A program made the position numbers and the translations under genes. This document shows, in pieces, positions 46,546 through 60,608 of a stretch of 64,000 nt of DNA. Every line of letters begins with the position of its first letter. Within the stretch, counting starts at the first letter, position 1. The notes under the pieces were generated by a model. The model made no database searches. It was not told the DNA's origin and saw only the letters and a program-made list of their open reading frames with translations. The stretch comes from Diadema antillarum (lineage: Eukaryota), in contig NW_027271753.1 of the NCBI RefSeq assembly GCF_040938485.1, positions 868,001-932,000 of the forward strand, read 5' to 3'.

Positions 46546-48059
46546 ATAAACATACAAAATGATAGACATTTAGAAATTTGCAGTCATGATAGATGGATTT
46601 GGTACTTGTGTTAAACTGAACATCGTGTTTTTGTTTTCCATTGGAACACTTTCTTTTCCGTCTCTGTACTGTCACTTTAGGGTCAAGGATGTTGAAAGAG
46701 CAACAAGCTTGAACCAAGCATGAATTTAATCCGATGACGAAAACGCGACATTCCGCTCTTCAGTGCGTGCGACCTGTTTAACTCCCTGGCTAGATCGATA
46801 ACTCTCGTCATTACAGCGAGCAATATTGATCTCCGTCAAAATGTAAATTTACCACTGTTGCTCAATATCATGAGTACCATCCACACTGACCAAGACAATC
46901 GAGAGGGAATTTATGAAGCTAACTGTCATGCACGGAAGATCATTGTTTATCTTATTTTCCTATAATGAGCATAAAATCCCATATATTGATTCCGAAGTCA
47001 TACTTCCGAAAATGACTTCTTGCGAAAATGAAACGCATAAGCTTATTGCTTGGTGGATATTGTGTCTCTATGAGATGCACCAGGGTGGGGTGGGGTGAAG
47101 GTAAAGCTAAATGTGGTAGCAGCAAATGCATGAATTTTGATTAATTTTGGCTGGTCTGTTTTCCTTACAAAGCTGCAGGTGCTTTTTCATAAAAGCGTGA
47201 ATAGATGGAGGAAACGAGAGAGATAGAGAGAGAGATAGACTCTGCTGGAGAGAGAGAGAAAAAAAAAACATATATGAGGAGAGTAAGTCAGAAAAAAAAA
47301 GTTATGAACACTGCAGTACATGTAGTTGTAAGGTACCTGTATTGGCCTAGCAGCTGTGTGAATATGTCAATATTTGATACAGGATGTCCTTAGTTCATAA
47401 AGAGTATAAAAATTATCGTTATCATCTTTTAAAAAAAATTCCCTATAAATGCCTTAATATCAACGATCTTTTCATTGTTCAATCAAAAGTCCAACCAATG
47501 GGAACCTGAACAATGCATTGAGAAAGAAAGGGGGAGGGGGAGCGAAAAAAAGTAGTAAAAATAGGGGAAGTCCAAAAGTTGCCGTTCGTGTTTACTTCCT
47601 CGCATAACTAGACTGTGAATGGAATGAGCTCACCACGAAGGAATGCACTCTAAAACGATCGATATACTAACACAATGATAAACGAGCAACAGAGCATTGT
47701 TAAACATGTCATTAGATTTGCTGAACACGTTGACCAGTCATTTCATAGATTTATGTTAAAATCCATACCTGAAACAACTGTCAATATGAGCAGATTATGA
47801 TATAAGAAATGTCATATTTCCTCAGTCTATATTAATCATTCACACAAGGGAGAGAAGGGATCTGTTTCTGGGGATGCATGGAAACAACAAGAAAAAAAAT
47901 GTTCTGACTCCGATTATGTAAAATTGTCAGACATCACCAACTGCCGCTTATGTCATTTTTGTACAATGACAACGGGGTGAGAAAGGGGCAGAGCCTTGAA
48001 AAATATAGAAAAAGATAGCTTTCAAAGCCTGAAATTCAAATTTATTGTTCAAAGTATTT

Positions 48060-48391
48060 AAATAACTCGGAAGTACGGCGGTACCCACGAGCGAGCGAGC
48101 GGGGGCCAACCAACCATCGGCGAGTCTGCATCACAGCTGTACAACGAGCGGTACGCACTCACCGGCCAACAGCCTTACTACTACATTCATCTCTTCCACA
48201 CACTCACTCGCATTGACAGCACGAATAGACTACAGTATCGGCAGCATCACCGGAAGCGCCGACTAGCTTCATTGGCACAATTTTTGTGATCTCTAGTAGT
48301 ATAGAATTCTCAATCTTCAGCATTGGACGTAAAAAGACAGTCTTATTCATCGATTTTTCATCGCTTGACAAAACCACCGTTTTTTCAAAAG
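48060..48391 (+). promoter_or_regulatory. Putative CpG-rich promoter and non-coding first exon (about 48200-48391) of an unidentified plus-strand gene
   Basis: CpG-rich block, then an ATG-free segment ending at donor AAAG|GTAGGA (48391/48392). CpG-poor intron-like DNA follows to the window end. Confidence 0.5.
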
Positions 48392-50327
48392 GTAGGATGA
48401 ATTTTTCAGAGAATGTGTGTGATGAGGTGACTAGAATATACATGGATGGATGGCGTCAAAAACCTATTGGCGCACACATGGCGTGGAGGTGTGTGGAGGG
48501 TCGGTGGGTAGTGTACCAGCTGGTAGCTCCACTACGCACGGAGTGGTTTAGGCGGGTTCCGTTGTTACACGACACCAGCCAGTAACCCCACCTGTCTTGC
48601 CGCAGTGGGTTGCTGTTGTACTGTATACTATCTGCGGCTTTGCCGTGCCCTTTTGACAATCTCGTACACAGGGAGAATCTACTTCACTGACCATGTCTGT
48701 TCATGTTTGATAGGGTTTCTGCTCGTTGCTTCACTATTTTCTGCCCCTCATCATTTTCTTAAAACAATATCCAAATTATTGTGCTATTTTGAAGAATTCG
48801 AACTCAACATCTTGTCTGAAATCGGTAATGATTTTAAAGCACAAATCTCTCATGGCCAAGTAAAACCGGTACAGTTTTCTAAGGAGCATGCATGCATTCA
48901 TCTTCAGTTCAGTTGTGACTGACAACACCAATACATTTTGCACTATCTTCGCAGTACTTGTATAAAAACTGTATGTGCTCTTGAATTTTCATACAAGTGT
49001 TTAGTTTGTTGCTGTTGTTTTTTTAACAACAGCAAACACACCAGGATATTTCTGACATCTGTAGAGGCACTCTAACAAAAAAGTGAGATCTTCATTGTCT
49101 TGATCTTGGGTTGATCAGGCCAAAATATGTACTCGATGGTCATCATTAGGAAAGTTACAAAATTTATAAACATTGTGAAATAATCTGGCCAAATGCTGTG
49201 TACCTAGAAAACAACTTACAATGTACATGTGGTGTACAATACCCAGTAGCTGTATTGAACTTAAAATGTGACATTACTGTCTGATGTTATGCAAATTATT
49301 CCATAAATTCCTGCTCATGCCCTAAATGAAAATGAAAATTGCAGTACATTCAAGAGCAGTTGATATTCAAGCCTAGCCTGATCACGTCTTATTGTATCTG
49401 CAGGGTAGTATAAATGTATTGTATATTTTCATTGAAAAAAAAACAAAAACACATGAATAGGTACAAGTAGTATCATATTAAACACAATACACAAAGAAAT
49501 GGTAATAGCCGCATGATTTATAATCCAATTTGGTACAAATTGTAGGACTCAAGCATTGTGCCAGGGTAGTACCATGTTGCATTGCATGTGGTTGATCAGA
49601 ATGTTTTGAAATGGAAGTGCAAGTATAATTACCATGCTATGAAATTGTATTACTGTTTTCAACGTGGGAACTCTGAATAGACGAGAATTTAATGAATTAA
49701 TTTTAGACTCAATATTCAAGTATTGATCCTTAAACTCTGAACTTAAAATGTCTTTGACAGACGTCTTTGATAGACTTTAAAACAGTTGTATTTTGCTAGC
49801 AGAAACTTTCATTTTTGTTCCAAAAAGAAAAGGTACAATTTATGTATCGAATGCTTTCATTTAAATGAAAACATGTGAATACACTAATTTGGGAATTTCC
49901 CTGAAATTGGCCCAGTGTGAAAAATCAATCTGCAAAAGTTATCATTTTTACTGGTTGTACTACAATAACAATATATCTGAAATGCTGACAGATGCTGAAA
50001 TTTGTTGATATTTTGTATTTTTGTGGATAAGAATTTTTTAACCACAGATATATATTATTGATTTTTTCATGTCATTGACCACAACGCTGAAAGCACCAAC
50101 GTGAAGCTGAGGATGCAGTGTAGGTCTATATAGCAAATGAATTCTCCCTTTCTTCTTTGCTCAATCTCCCTTCTCTTCTTCCTCCTCCTCCTCACTTTCT
50201 CTTCCTTCTCACTTCCTCTTCCTCATCTTTACAAAGTTTTTTTTCATGATTTAAAGTGAGGCATAAGGCTCCTGCCATGTGTGATAATTACTGGTGTATG
50301 CAAGATCCCTTGTGCATCTTTGCTACT

Positions 50328-52418
50328 GGGCAAGTCCAAGATAACACGCGCGTTACGTATGGGACATTCAGAGACTTTTATGACCTGAAAAATAGTGTTA
50401 ATGGCTTTTGATCATATTAAACTTTATCATGGTGATTGATATCTAGGAGAAGTATAATCATGCAAAAAATGGAGAAAAATGACCTTCACAATTATATTCT
50501 AGAAGAAAAAATATGTGCCGTTACGTATGGGACCAGAAAAATTTTGTTTTTTTGAACATTTTTTTCAACCTCAAAACTCTCTGAAAGTATTTCATTCTAC
50601 AACTTGTAACTCACTGTGATGAAAGTCACAACACTCAAGATTATCACAGGTAAGTTTCGTGTCATTAGGCGAAAAGCTCTAATTACAGGTTCTAATTAAA
50701 GACAGACATGACGTGTTACGTATGGGACAGTTACGTATGGGACAGTTTGTCCCCCATTCATTTAGTGTGTGAAGAACCATGTTTATGGGTATTTTGCATA
50801 ATTATTGAAGTAAAATCAGTTGAAACTACTCAAATACTGATCCAGATTGTCAAGGAAACAATATTCCCCAAATATTCACCATCATAATCATATTCAATTA
50901 TATTTTTATATTTTTATGACCAACCTGAGTATGCATGCCCTTTGTCCCCCATTCGTTTAGTGTGTGGAGAGACATGTTTATGGGTATTTTGCAAAGTAAT
51001 TTTGCAAAATACCCATAAACAAATTTTTGCATAATTATTGAAATGAATCAGTTGAAACTACTCAAATACTGATCCAGATTGACAAGGGAACAATATTCCC
51101 CAAAGATTTACCATCATAATCATATTTAATCATATTCTATATTTTTATGAGCAACCTGAGTATGTATGCCCTATTTTTATCAGGATAGTTACTACTGAAA
51201 AATTGACTAGTTTAAAGTGTTTACTTCCATTGATGAAGGGCAGTTTGCCATTTCGTTTCAATAAAACACAATTTGACACAAGAAATATTAATTTTTATAA
51301 ATAAGCAATACCTGCTGCGTGGAACCCCAGTGATCGAGTAGATATGATGTCTGTCTAGCAGTCAGGTCGTTGATTCGAGTCACACCTCAGTATGTATACC
51401 CATGAATTTTGTCGTGGCTATTATTGAAACCTGAATAAGGACAATTTGTGTATCACTTGCAATTAAAAAAAAATCATTTTACTTTATATTTTTTTAAAAT
51501 ATTTATATTACAACCATTTCAAATTGGATCTCCATCACTAAACTTTGAATTCCTCTAGTCTTAGGATTGTATGCTCTTTAGTAATTCATATAATTGGTTT
51601 CCAATCATCTCATTAAATGTTGAAAACTGAATCCCCATTTCTAAAAAAAACTATACCATCCCTTTAATGCTGATTTTTCGTTCTGTATTTTGCCATTTTC
51701 CCCTCCCCCTTTCTGAAAATTGTTCAGTCAAGTACATGTATTGTTTAAAGTGTCTATAACTCAAAATGTAGCCACAATGTTGGGATGCTTTCTTCAGGAT
51801 GATTGACCATTTGTGTACTGAGAGACCTTCCCAGCTAGCTACATGCATTTACATGCATTATGTATGAGGATGTCCCATACGTAACGCATTTGTCCCATAC
51901 GTAACATTATTTCAATGCCTAATAAAAAATATTCCTTTTACTGTTTTTTCTTTTTTCTATGGTATTTAATTTCTCTAAACAATAAATTAGAACTTTCCAA
52001 AAGGGCATTAATATAACCTTAGCAATTTCAGAAAAAACCTAAAAAAATGACCTCAATTTGTTACGTATGGGACATCTCATGATAGGACACGAGCTAATTT
52101 GCATAATCATTTGCATAATCCCTAAATTTTCATACCAAGTTAAACTATTTGATGAACTTCTTATGTCCACATATTAATCAAATATCATTTGCTTTCCTTT
52201 GAATTAATATGAATTTTTATAAATGTCCCATACGTAACGCTGTGTTTCACATTTATGCAAATGAAGCCCTTGAAATTTGCATAAATTTACGTAATATACT
52301 TTTTTCCTCCATGGAAATCAAAACTTCAACTCATAAGCTTCAAAATGATACCAAACATGTCAATATTAAGCAAAGATGAAATTTTGCCTTCTGAGGGGAC
52401 CTTATCTTGGACTTGCCC
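50328..52418. mobile_element. 2.09-kb non-autonomous DNA transposon with 4-bp TSD (Sola-like)
   Basis: TACT|GGGCAAGTCCAAGATAA...TTATCTTGGACTTGCCC|TACT: perfect 17-bp TIR. It carries eight GTTACGTATGGGAC motifs and an internal ~195-bp duplication (50746 vs 50941). No transposase ORF. Confidence 0.85.
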
Positions 52419-52685
52419 TACTGTAGGTTCATGATCTTCATACCATAGCCCTTGTAGATTTTTTTTTCTTAATGTACATGTACACTTACATGGTACATGA
52501 CTGGAGTGTACAAAATGTACATTCAAGCATACCAGGATTGACAACACTGTACAGTGCATTTTGTGCTTGTAGCTGGATAGTCACAACTGAGGTTCAAACA
52601 TTATTTTGCCATTTGTACTTCCATTGGTTTTCCCAGTTACTGCCAAAATAATGTTCATTGTGGCAGTAACAGGCTTCATCATATA

Positions 52686-53130
52686 CATGGCTCGACACTA
52701 ACTTTTTTGTTTGGTGGTCCGATGGGGCCACCAAAATCCTAAATTTCAAATTTTTTGTGGCCCGAGAGAAAAATTTGGTGTCCCGAAAAAAACAATAAAA
52801 AACATTAAAAGTCCTTTTTTTTTTAATGAGTCAAATATTTAAGTTTTATGATAGTAAGAATTAGAAGTTGGACATATCTACTCATAAATAAACTTCAACA
52901 AACTGGCAACACTCACTCTCAAGCACTTATTCAGTCCTTTTCATCCATCCTTTAAACAAATTTAAGTGCTAATTTCCGGCGCAAAAAGTTACGAATTTAT
53001 TGACATACTTTTCAAAAAAATTTGGTGGCCCGAGGCGGGCCACCAAATTTGCCCTTTTTTGAAATTTGGTGGCCCGACTTTCATTTTTGGTGGCCCCGGG
53101 CCACCGGGCCACCGTTAGTGTCGAGCCCTG
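52686..53130. mobile_element. hAT-like MITE (CAGGGCTC family), longer copy
   Basis: CATGGCTCGACACTAAC...GTTAGTGTCGAGCCCTG. The right end is the reverse complement of the left end of the 37904 copy. Confidence 0.8.
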
Positions 53131-56100
53131 ATATAGGATACACATGCACAGTTTTTCTGTTCTATTGATTTTACAGGTGTAAAAATGACTCATTACAGTG
53201 ATGTTCATGTCTGATTTTAAGAAAATGCTGTGACTGAATGCACACACAAAAAAAGATTTTGCACAAATGACTCGGCACCCTTTGACTTTTTCTCCTCAAA
53301 GATATTTTAATCTAATCCTTCAATTTTTTTAGGCTGATTTCCTGTCTTTCCCATCAAACTAAAGATGATTTTATGTTGTACTAGGTAACTGATGTTGACT
53401 ACGTGTAGATGCAAACTGTATTTTATAACAACTGTATGCAATATACTGTACAACCTGTAATTTATTACTTAAACTGTATTATATCACGTGGTGATTTTGT
53501 TCCATGTCAGGCCGAGTATTTATGATACTTGAATTTGAACTCATCAGACATGAAAAACGGTGCGCAGTTCTACTGGTAGTTAATATTACCAGTGTGTCTG
53601 TGTATACCAAATTCACAATACTGGTGTTATAACCGACACCATTCAGGGATGGCAATATTCATTCTCTCAGAAATAGATTTTGATAGAGCAATAACTGCAC
53701 TTGCAACCCCCAAATATGGCCTTGGATTCATGTTGGTTCACTGCTTCGGTTATTTCCGGCAACTCATTATTTTGAGGTTGTGTATTCTTGTGCCTCTATT
53801 TAACGGCAGTCATCTGATTCAGGAATGAGTTAGAGGCAAAAAGGAGCTTTATTTGAAATAGCACCGCAGGCATTATTCACTGCTGCTAATATTAATGTAT
53901 TTGGTAACAAGAAACGAAGTCAATGGTTTCAAAATGAAAAAGAAAAAGAACACAATTACACATTCCACTTGTAGCACAGGTCAATGGGTAAGCTGAACAG
54001 AGGTACGGCAGGTTTTGAAATTTGAAGTGCATTGGATCATCTGGCTATTGGCTGAGCTCCCCAGAAGGGAATTTCCTCTGTTTGATTAAACCATATTGTG
54101 TTCTGCCCTGTGTTTGAACTTGGCAAGCCGGGCTGGTGTTCCTACCACTCTCTGTAATTATAGATCGATTGGTGCTTCAGGTCAATATGTGAACAGCTCA
54201 GTTTGTCCTTCGCTTCCATTTGTTTTCCACTTCAGCCATGCCCAGCAAATTTAATTCCATTATTCTTCACAGGTTTCCTTTCAGAATAAAAAAGAGAAAG
54301 TGTTACCAGTTAGACAGAAATGCTAAAGATGTCTAATTTCTATCTCTGTATGTAGAGCATATCAATGGGAATTTGCAGAACATGTTATATAGATTAAAGG
54401 AAAAATGTTGGAAGCATGCAGTATTTTCAGAAGGAGTTAAATGTTTTTGGCTCTCCACACAAAGCAGTTAGAAGGCCAACAATAGGAATTAATTTTGTCA
54501 TAACTAATCAGCAATTTATGTTTATTTATTTGTTATCGTTGCTACATGTCATTCTACCAGTCCTTAAATCGCATGTAATTAGTGAAATAACTCTGATAAC
54601 AAGTAACAAGGTCAACTACAATGTATATTACCAATGATGATTGAAGAGCATTACTATTTGTAAATTGTGTCATTATGAAGAATAGATAATGCTTCCCATA
54701 CATGTACATGTACATTAAATTGTATGTTGTGCATCTACAAGTTGTAGCTCTTCTTGCATTACATACAAACTGTAAGTACCTGTATTGTAATTAATCATGG
54801 ATTTAACGAAACTGATTCATGCTCTCATTGAAACAAATCGCCTCCAACTAAATTTTACACTATTTAGCTATTACTCATATCAATGACAGTGTTATCTGAT
54901 TTCAAACTATTAAGGATCAAAAGTGGGAAATGTTTTTTGTAACACCTAGTACATGTATGTATCTAGGGATGTTTCTCTGTGCTTTCCTTCAGAGAAATAT
55001 TCCATCCAACTGTAGGCCCTTGACTTAACGTCAATATTATGTTGACATTGCAAAGACCGAGTTCTGTGGCATGCATGAACATGTTGGGAAAGGTAAACTA
55101 TGAGAACATTCATTATACAGTGAACTGTAATCAAGTGATCCAATGTAAATGTGACATCCATACAACACTGTCTATTTTCTTTAACCTGATTCTTTATTCT
55201 GTGTGCCAAATTGAACTTGGAAAAACGAACCTGCCAAGAGACTGCACTAGATTAACCCATGGCCTATAGGCATGTGATGAACGATAAGCAGAATCCATGG
55301 GAGTGTACGAAATAGGTTAAAGTAGCTGCCCAAGGAATCTTTCCCAACTGGTCCTTCACAGGTTCAGCCAAAATGTAAACATTTGCTGCATTTTTTTATT
55401 AAGTTTGCAGAGCAATTGTAAATTTACAGAGGTCCTCAGGTTGGTGGTCCTACTGTAGGCTAAGTGTTTGTCCCTGAATGTATTGATTTTGGACTAAGGG
55501 TTTTAGACTGTAACAATGGCAGTCCCCAAAATAGAGACTTTCTGGGCATGGGAATTCAGTTTTATTTGGTCGTGATTGCTTTCTTAGCAGTGAATGAAAG
55601 AAACTTTTGATTCATTGTTTTGCATTTTATACCTGGGTAGAATGTTTTTATAGGGTGTTACTCGCACCTCCTAACAAGTGTGGGTCATGCACTTTTGATA
55701 CACAATAGGGCAGTTCCCGAGGGAAATAGGATTGTGAGAAGTTTCTCAAAGAATACTTATATTGTAGCTCGATTTACATTTATTGTGTTCTTCAGTCTAC
55801 AGTTTATACTCAGACCTCCCAACCATTCTGAATTTCAAGCAAAGAATCTGAATGTTGACCATTCCCAGGCCATGTTTTCATAAGACTTTCCTATTTTGTC
55901 TATAATTTAACTGCACACTCAGGCTACAGGACATATTAACATTGCTTTGCTTTGAATACATTATACATGTACATGCTCTTTTATATTACTGAATGTTTTT
56001 GAGACTTGCCAATTTGTATACAAGTACTTAAATAGAAATACCTAAGCATGATGAGTGCTGATTGGCACAGTAAACCTTTTAGCTTTGTACACACTGTCTA

Positions 56101-56475
56101 ATGCCCCTGGCATAGGAAGAGTTGACTGGGATATTTTAAAGTGCTTCAAAACCGAATAGGTCATAAATGTACCATAAATTCATTGTCCAAAGTCCCATTG
56201 AACTCCATCTGCTCAGGTTCTCAACTTGGTTGCACCATTTTGACATCACTGAGTCTGTTAAAAACTCAGAACATAAAGCACTTGTCAGTTTGTGATTATT
56301 TGAAATTGTGACAATGAATGTGTGCACAAATACACGCCATCCATTCTCAATCATTCTTCCAAGTCTTCTTCCTCCTCCCATTTGACAAATCACAAAGAGC
56401 ACAATATTCTTTGCCGAATTCCTTTGAACTTACGGCTTCATCTCGGGATTACTCATTGTAAAGATTACTGAATTA

Positions 56476-56501
56476 TCTCTCTCTCTCTCTCTCTCTCTCT
56501 C
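56476..56501. repeat. (CT)n microsatellite
   Basis: Direct reading. Confidence 0.9.
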
Positions 56502-57243
56502 CCTCTGCTTCTGATAAAGAATCTGTTCTGAAAGGAGTGTTTTGTAGCAATTCTCAGAGAGCAGGATTTTAGGCCTTTGTGTGAGATTTGTGATTGTCTG
56601 TTCTTTGCTCGGCATGAGGCAGGCGTAGAGTGTAAAGGGGTACCAGTGTGTGTATGCACCAAACATTCACACTCTAAATCCAAATACCATGGCTGCTTCG
56701 GTCAAGAAAAGGGTGCAGTTGTATGAGTTTTGAGCACTTTGGTGCTAGTTGACATTAGAAGGTTAACACTAAAGGTATTTCTCTAATACGGCTGTCATGA
56801 TTACACACTAATCCAAGGAGTTCAGATGTGTTGAATGTTTACACTTTGTGTCAATAAAATATGATGAATTGTGCAATCTTTCAATCTCATTGGCAGAATG
56901 GGTTAGGCAAGCATTTATCTCAACAGGGGAGAAATGCAATACTTGCAGCTTTAATCAATATCAAAGATGGACCGTTCATTGTCTTGAAACCCCCCAAATC
57001 AATATGCTCTGTTTATGTACCAAGAAATGGCTTCAAGGGCATTTGTCTATTCAGTGTGGCTAAACAGGGCATGTTCAATGAGCTAATGAGTACTGTGTGC
57101 ATCAATCAAATACCATTGACAGCAGAATAGGTTACAAATGCATTGTTTTACTTTTTATCCTGATTCTGATGTTGAGTAAAACAGAAATCCCAGAATTGGA
57201 CACATTCATTAATCTTCCTTTGTGTCATTATGTCTATTCAGCA

Positions 57244-57394
57244 TATCGTCGGTCTTATGCCAAAAGGGCCTTAAACTACTTCCACTGTTATGCCAAAAGG
57301 CCCTTAATGCTATAGACTTTGTACACTATTAGTGCCCTTTTGGCATAACAGGGGAAGTTCTTTAAGGCCCTTTTGGCATTTAAGGCCGACGATA
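57244..57394. mobile_element. TA-flanked palindromic MITE
   Basis: TATCGTCGGTCTTATGCCAAAAGGGCCTTAAA...TTTAAGGCCCTTTTGGCATTTAAGGCCGACGATA with a second internal TGCCAAAAGG pair. Confidence 0.75.
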
Positions 57395-59685
57395 TAATCA
57401 GCTATTGCTATTCATTAAATTTAACATTCCCTGTAGAGTAACATTAGTCATAGCAAGTACCATATTGTGGATCAATTAAAGCGGCTGGACTTTGCTGTTC
57501 CATGCCTGTACATTTAAATCATTGTTGTATCAAACTCCAGATGATAAATTCCTGTGTAGCGCCCTCAGTGGCCAATTGTTGCATTTTGCCATCCATCTGC
57601 GCTGCATCTGTGGAAGGGTCAGACTATCTGGGTTGGATATTAATGATGCCATCGAAGGTTGAGTGTCTGAGGAGCCTGGATTAGTTCTTGCTACGTGAGC
57701 TAGTGCACATCTCCTATACCAGCCTCTCAGAATTCATGCTGTATCTGGAAGTGTGTGTCTTCTAATCGAGGTTGCCGGTAGCAACCCATCCTCAGATTTA
57801 TACCATCATCTGAATCACTTGATTTCCCTTGTGCTTCTTGATGCCAGGTTTGTTACATGTACATCCTGCTCGTAAACTTCAAGTGTGTGCTTTGATATTA
57901 ATTTATGGTAACTTCATCTTTATTCCGACCATATGATCAAAGGGTTCATTGTTTCAGAGCTTTTCATTATTATCCCAGAGAGCTAATACATGTATGTACA
58001 ATGTAGGCTTACGTAGTCTACACATACAATCTGTAGAAGTGTTAATTAGTGTGCTGGTAAAAGTACCTGTGTAATTGATGCACAAGCTACTATACATATA
58101 GTATGCCCTTCTTGCAGAAACTGTGAGTTATGGGTCCACTCTTGCTAGAATGGAGACATAAACATGTGACTAATTCATCAGTGTGTGTCAGGCAAGGCTT
58201 TTTAATAATTTTGTGTAAAGTGTAAGGGTGTGTGCTTCTGTTGTATGTATAGGTTGCAAACAAATACTGCAAGAAGTGATGCATTCATTATTGGTAATCT
58301 TGTATTGTAAACATGTACAATATACTCTATATTTTGCAACACTGCACTGTTGTAAGATATTTCCAATGTACTTATGAGAATAATGTAAAATGAGTTTGAT
58401 TTCTAAGATACATGTATCTTGCTTTTTACAAGGAGTCCATTTTAAGATATATTTGTTGGCTCATATTAGACATGTACAATTTGTATTGTTTGACTAGGGT
58501 CCAGTCATTTGTATATCATAATAATGACATGAATTTTACTTTGCTTAGTGTTATAGGGAAAGAACTTACTTGCAATGTAGTACATAGCTTGTCACAGTAA
58601 AGCATACTCGGTCGTCAGTGCATTTCGCCATGGCTACTGTAGAAAAACATCTGCTTCCTGACTCTGCTAAACAATAAGCAGTTATAGAGTGTATGATTTA
58701 TTTCATATACTCTTTGATTTTTTTTTTAAGGACACTATTTCCCAGTCTCCATTCTAATCAAATCATCAGCAAAGATGCATGCCAACACTGCCATGAAAAT
58801 AATGATTCAATTGACAAGAATTGCTCGCAGACCTGAATTTTGTTCCAAAGTAGATGGTTCACATGTATATATTTTACATAAAATTGTTTCATGTTATCAT
58901 GTTTATTTTAACAGTTTATTTAGAGTTCATAGTTAGCAGGTTGATAAGTTACAGTTTCCTTCATTTGTAACATGTGCATCAATGCCACTTTCTCTACTTC
59001 AAATCTATTCTAAACGTTGGAATTTATTTTGCTGTATATGATAATTCACTAGAAATATCCAACTGTTTATCTAAAAATGAAAGAACCTACCAAACTATTT
59101 TCATTTGGTCTGCGGACTATACCAAGCAGTAAACCGAGCATTATGGAATGAGTAACTTTATCACACTATAACAAAGGAGTTTGCAGCTGTAGACTACTTC
59201 CTGTATCAATCTCACCAGCGTTATCTTCATACTTCCTTAGAAACCATCAACCAATCACAACAGATAATAATGGATTGCCATTCCAGAATTCAGTTGAATG
59301 GGAGGCTTTCATATTTGGTGGTTAGCATTTCCCTCTTATCATACAGGAAGTAAGGCTGGTTTCAAAGATGCTGGCTTCTGAAAAATGCCGGCAGGAATCA
59401 CATAGCAGTGGTCTTAGGCAAGCGGATGTTAAGTTTAGTGCTGAGGGTTGTCAGAATGTCTGACTGATTAGATTGTACATAATGCATCATTTGTGAGAAT
59501 TATGATACAGTATTTGTATTATTTCATCTATTGCACTAGCACAACACAATCAGAATGAGTTGTGCTACAACAGCATGCTATTTGTTGAATGGAAAGGTGG
59601 CTCAATGACAAATAATCAGTCATAGATAAATATTGACAAACAATAGTCTGTACTTTTAAAGCAAGAGAAGGTAGATCATGTTTAA

Positions 59686-60042
59686 AGGGGAAGGCTAGTA
59701 ACTGATCAGTGGGAATCAGTGGAAATGCTGGGAGAAGATTGTTCCAATCCTTATGGGATTCATTCAAGAGTTCACTGTATATCTATTGTTGTGTGAAAAT
59801 GATTTGCTTCAGAACGGTCTCATATTCAAGTAATGTGCAGATTAATGCTCCGTCACTGACCAGGGACGCTAACCTGGAAGCATTAAACTGCACATTACTT
59901 GAATATGAGACCATTCTGAAGCAAATCATTTTCACACACCAATAGATATACAATGAACTCTTGAATGAATCCCATAAGGATTGGAACAATCATCTCCCAG
60001 CATTTCCACTGATTCCCACTGATCAGTTACTAGCCTTCCCCT
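59686..60042. mobile_element. 357-bp foldback Kolobok-like MITE
   Basis: TTAA|AGGGGAAGG...CCTTCCCCT|TTAA. Arms 59686-59849 and 59879-60042 (164 bp each, 5 mismatches by eye), 29-bp spacer. Confidence 0.9.
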
Positions 60043-60046
60043 TTAA

Positions 60047-60608
60047 AGGACAAGTTCACCTTCATAGACATGTGGGTTGAGTGAATGCAGCAATAGTAGA
60101 ACACATCAGTGAGAGTTTGAGCAAAATCGGACAATCCGTTCAATAGTTATGAATTTTTGAAGTTTCTACTCAGTCACGGCTGGATGAAAAGACTACTATA
60201 GCTTGTGATGTCACATGAGTACAACGATATAAAGAAAGAATAAAGAAAATTCAACATATTTCCATTTTTCTCGCATAACAAAAGAACACTCGACTTCTCT
60301 CTTTCAGAAGGCAGGGGGAATAATATTACCCTTAACATACGTCAGTAGCAAGTCGAAGAAATGTGCACTTTATTCAAAAAGTAAAGTTTTGTGAAATTCT
60401 CTTTTTATTTTCCTTATATAGTTGTACGCATATGACATCATACACTGTAGTAGTCTTCTCTTCCAGCAGTGACTGCGCAGATACTTAAAATATTCGTAAC
60501 TTTTGAACGGATTGTCCAATTTTCCTCAAACTTTCACTGATGTGTTCTACTAATATTGCTGCATTCCCTCAATCCTCAAAGTTATGTATATGAAGGTGGA
60601 CTTGTCCT
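60047..60608. mobile_element. 562-bp Kolobok-like MITE with ~110-bp imperfect TIRs
   Basis: TTAA|AGGACAAGTTCACCTTCAT...ATGAAGGTGGACTTGTCCT|TTAA. Its left TTAA is shared with the preceding element. Confidence 0.9.

Noticed and set aside
47585-47635. Possible LINE C-terminal relic (PRITRL...WNEL)
   Set aside because: Too short and frameshifted to call.
59709-59989. Pair of near-identical ORFs on opposite strands
   Set aside because: Artefact of the 357-bp palindrome.
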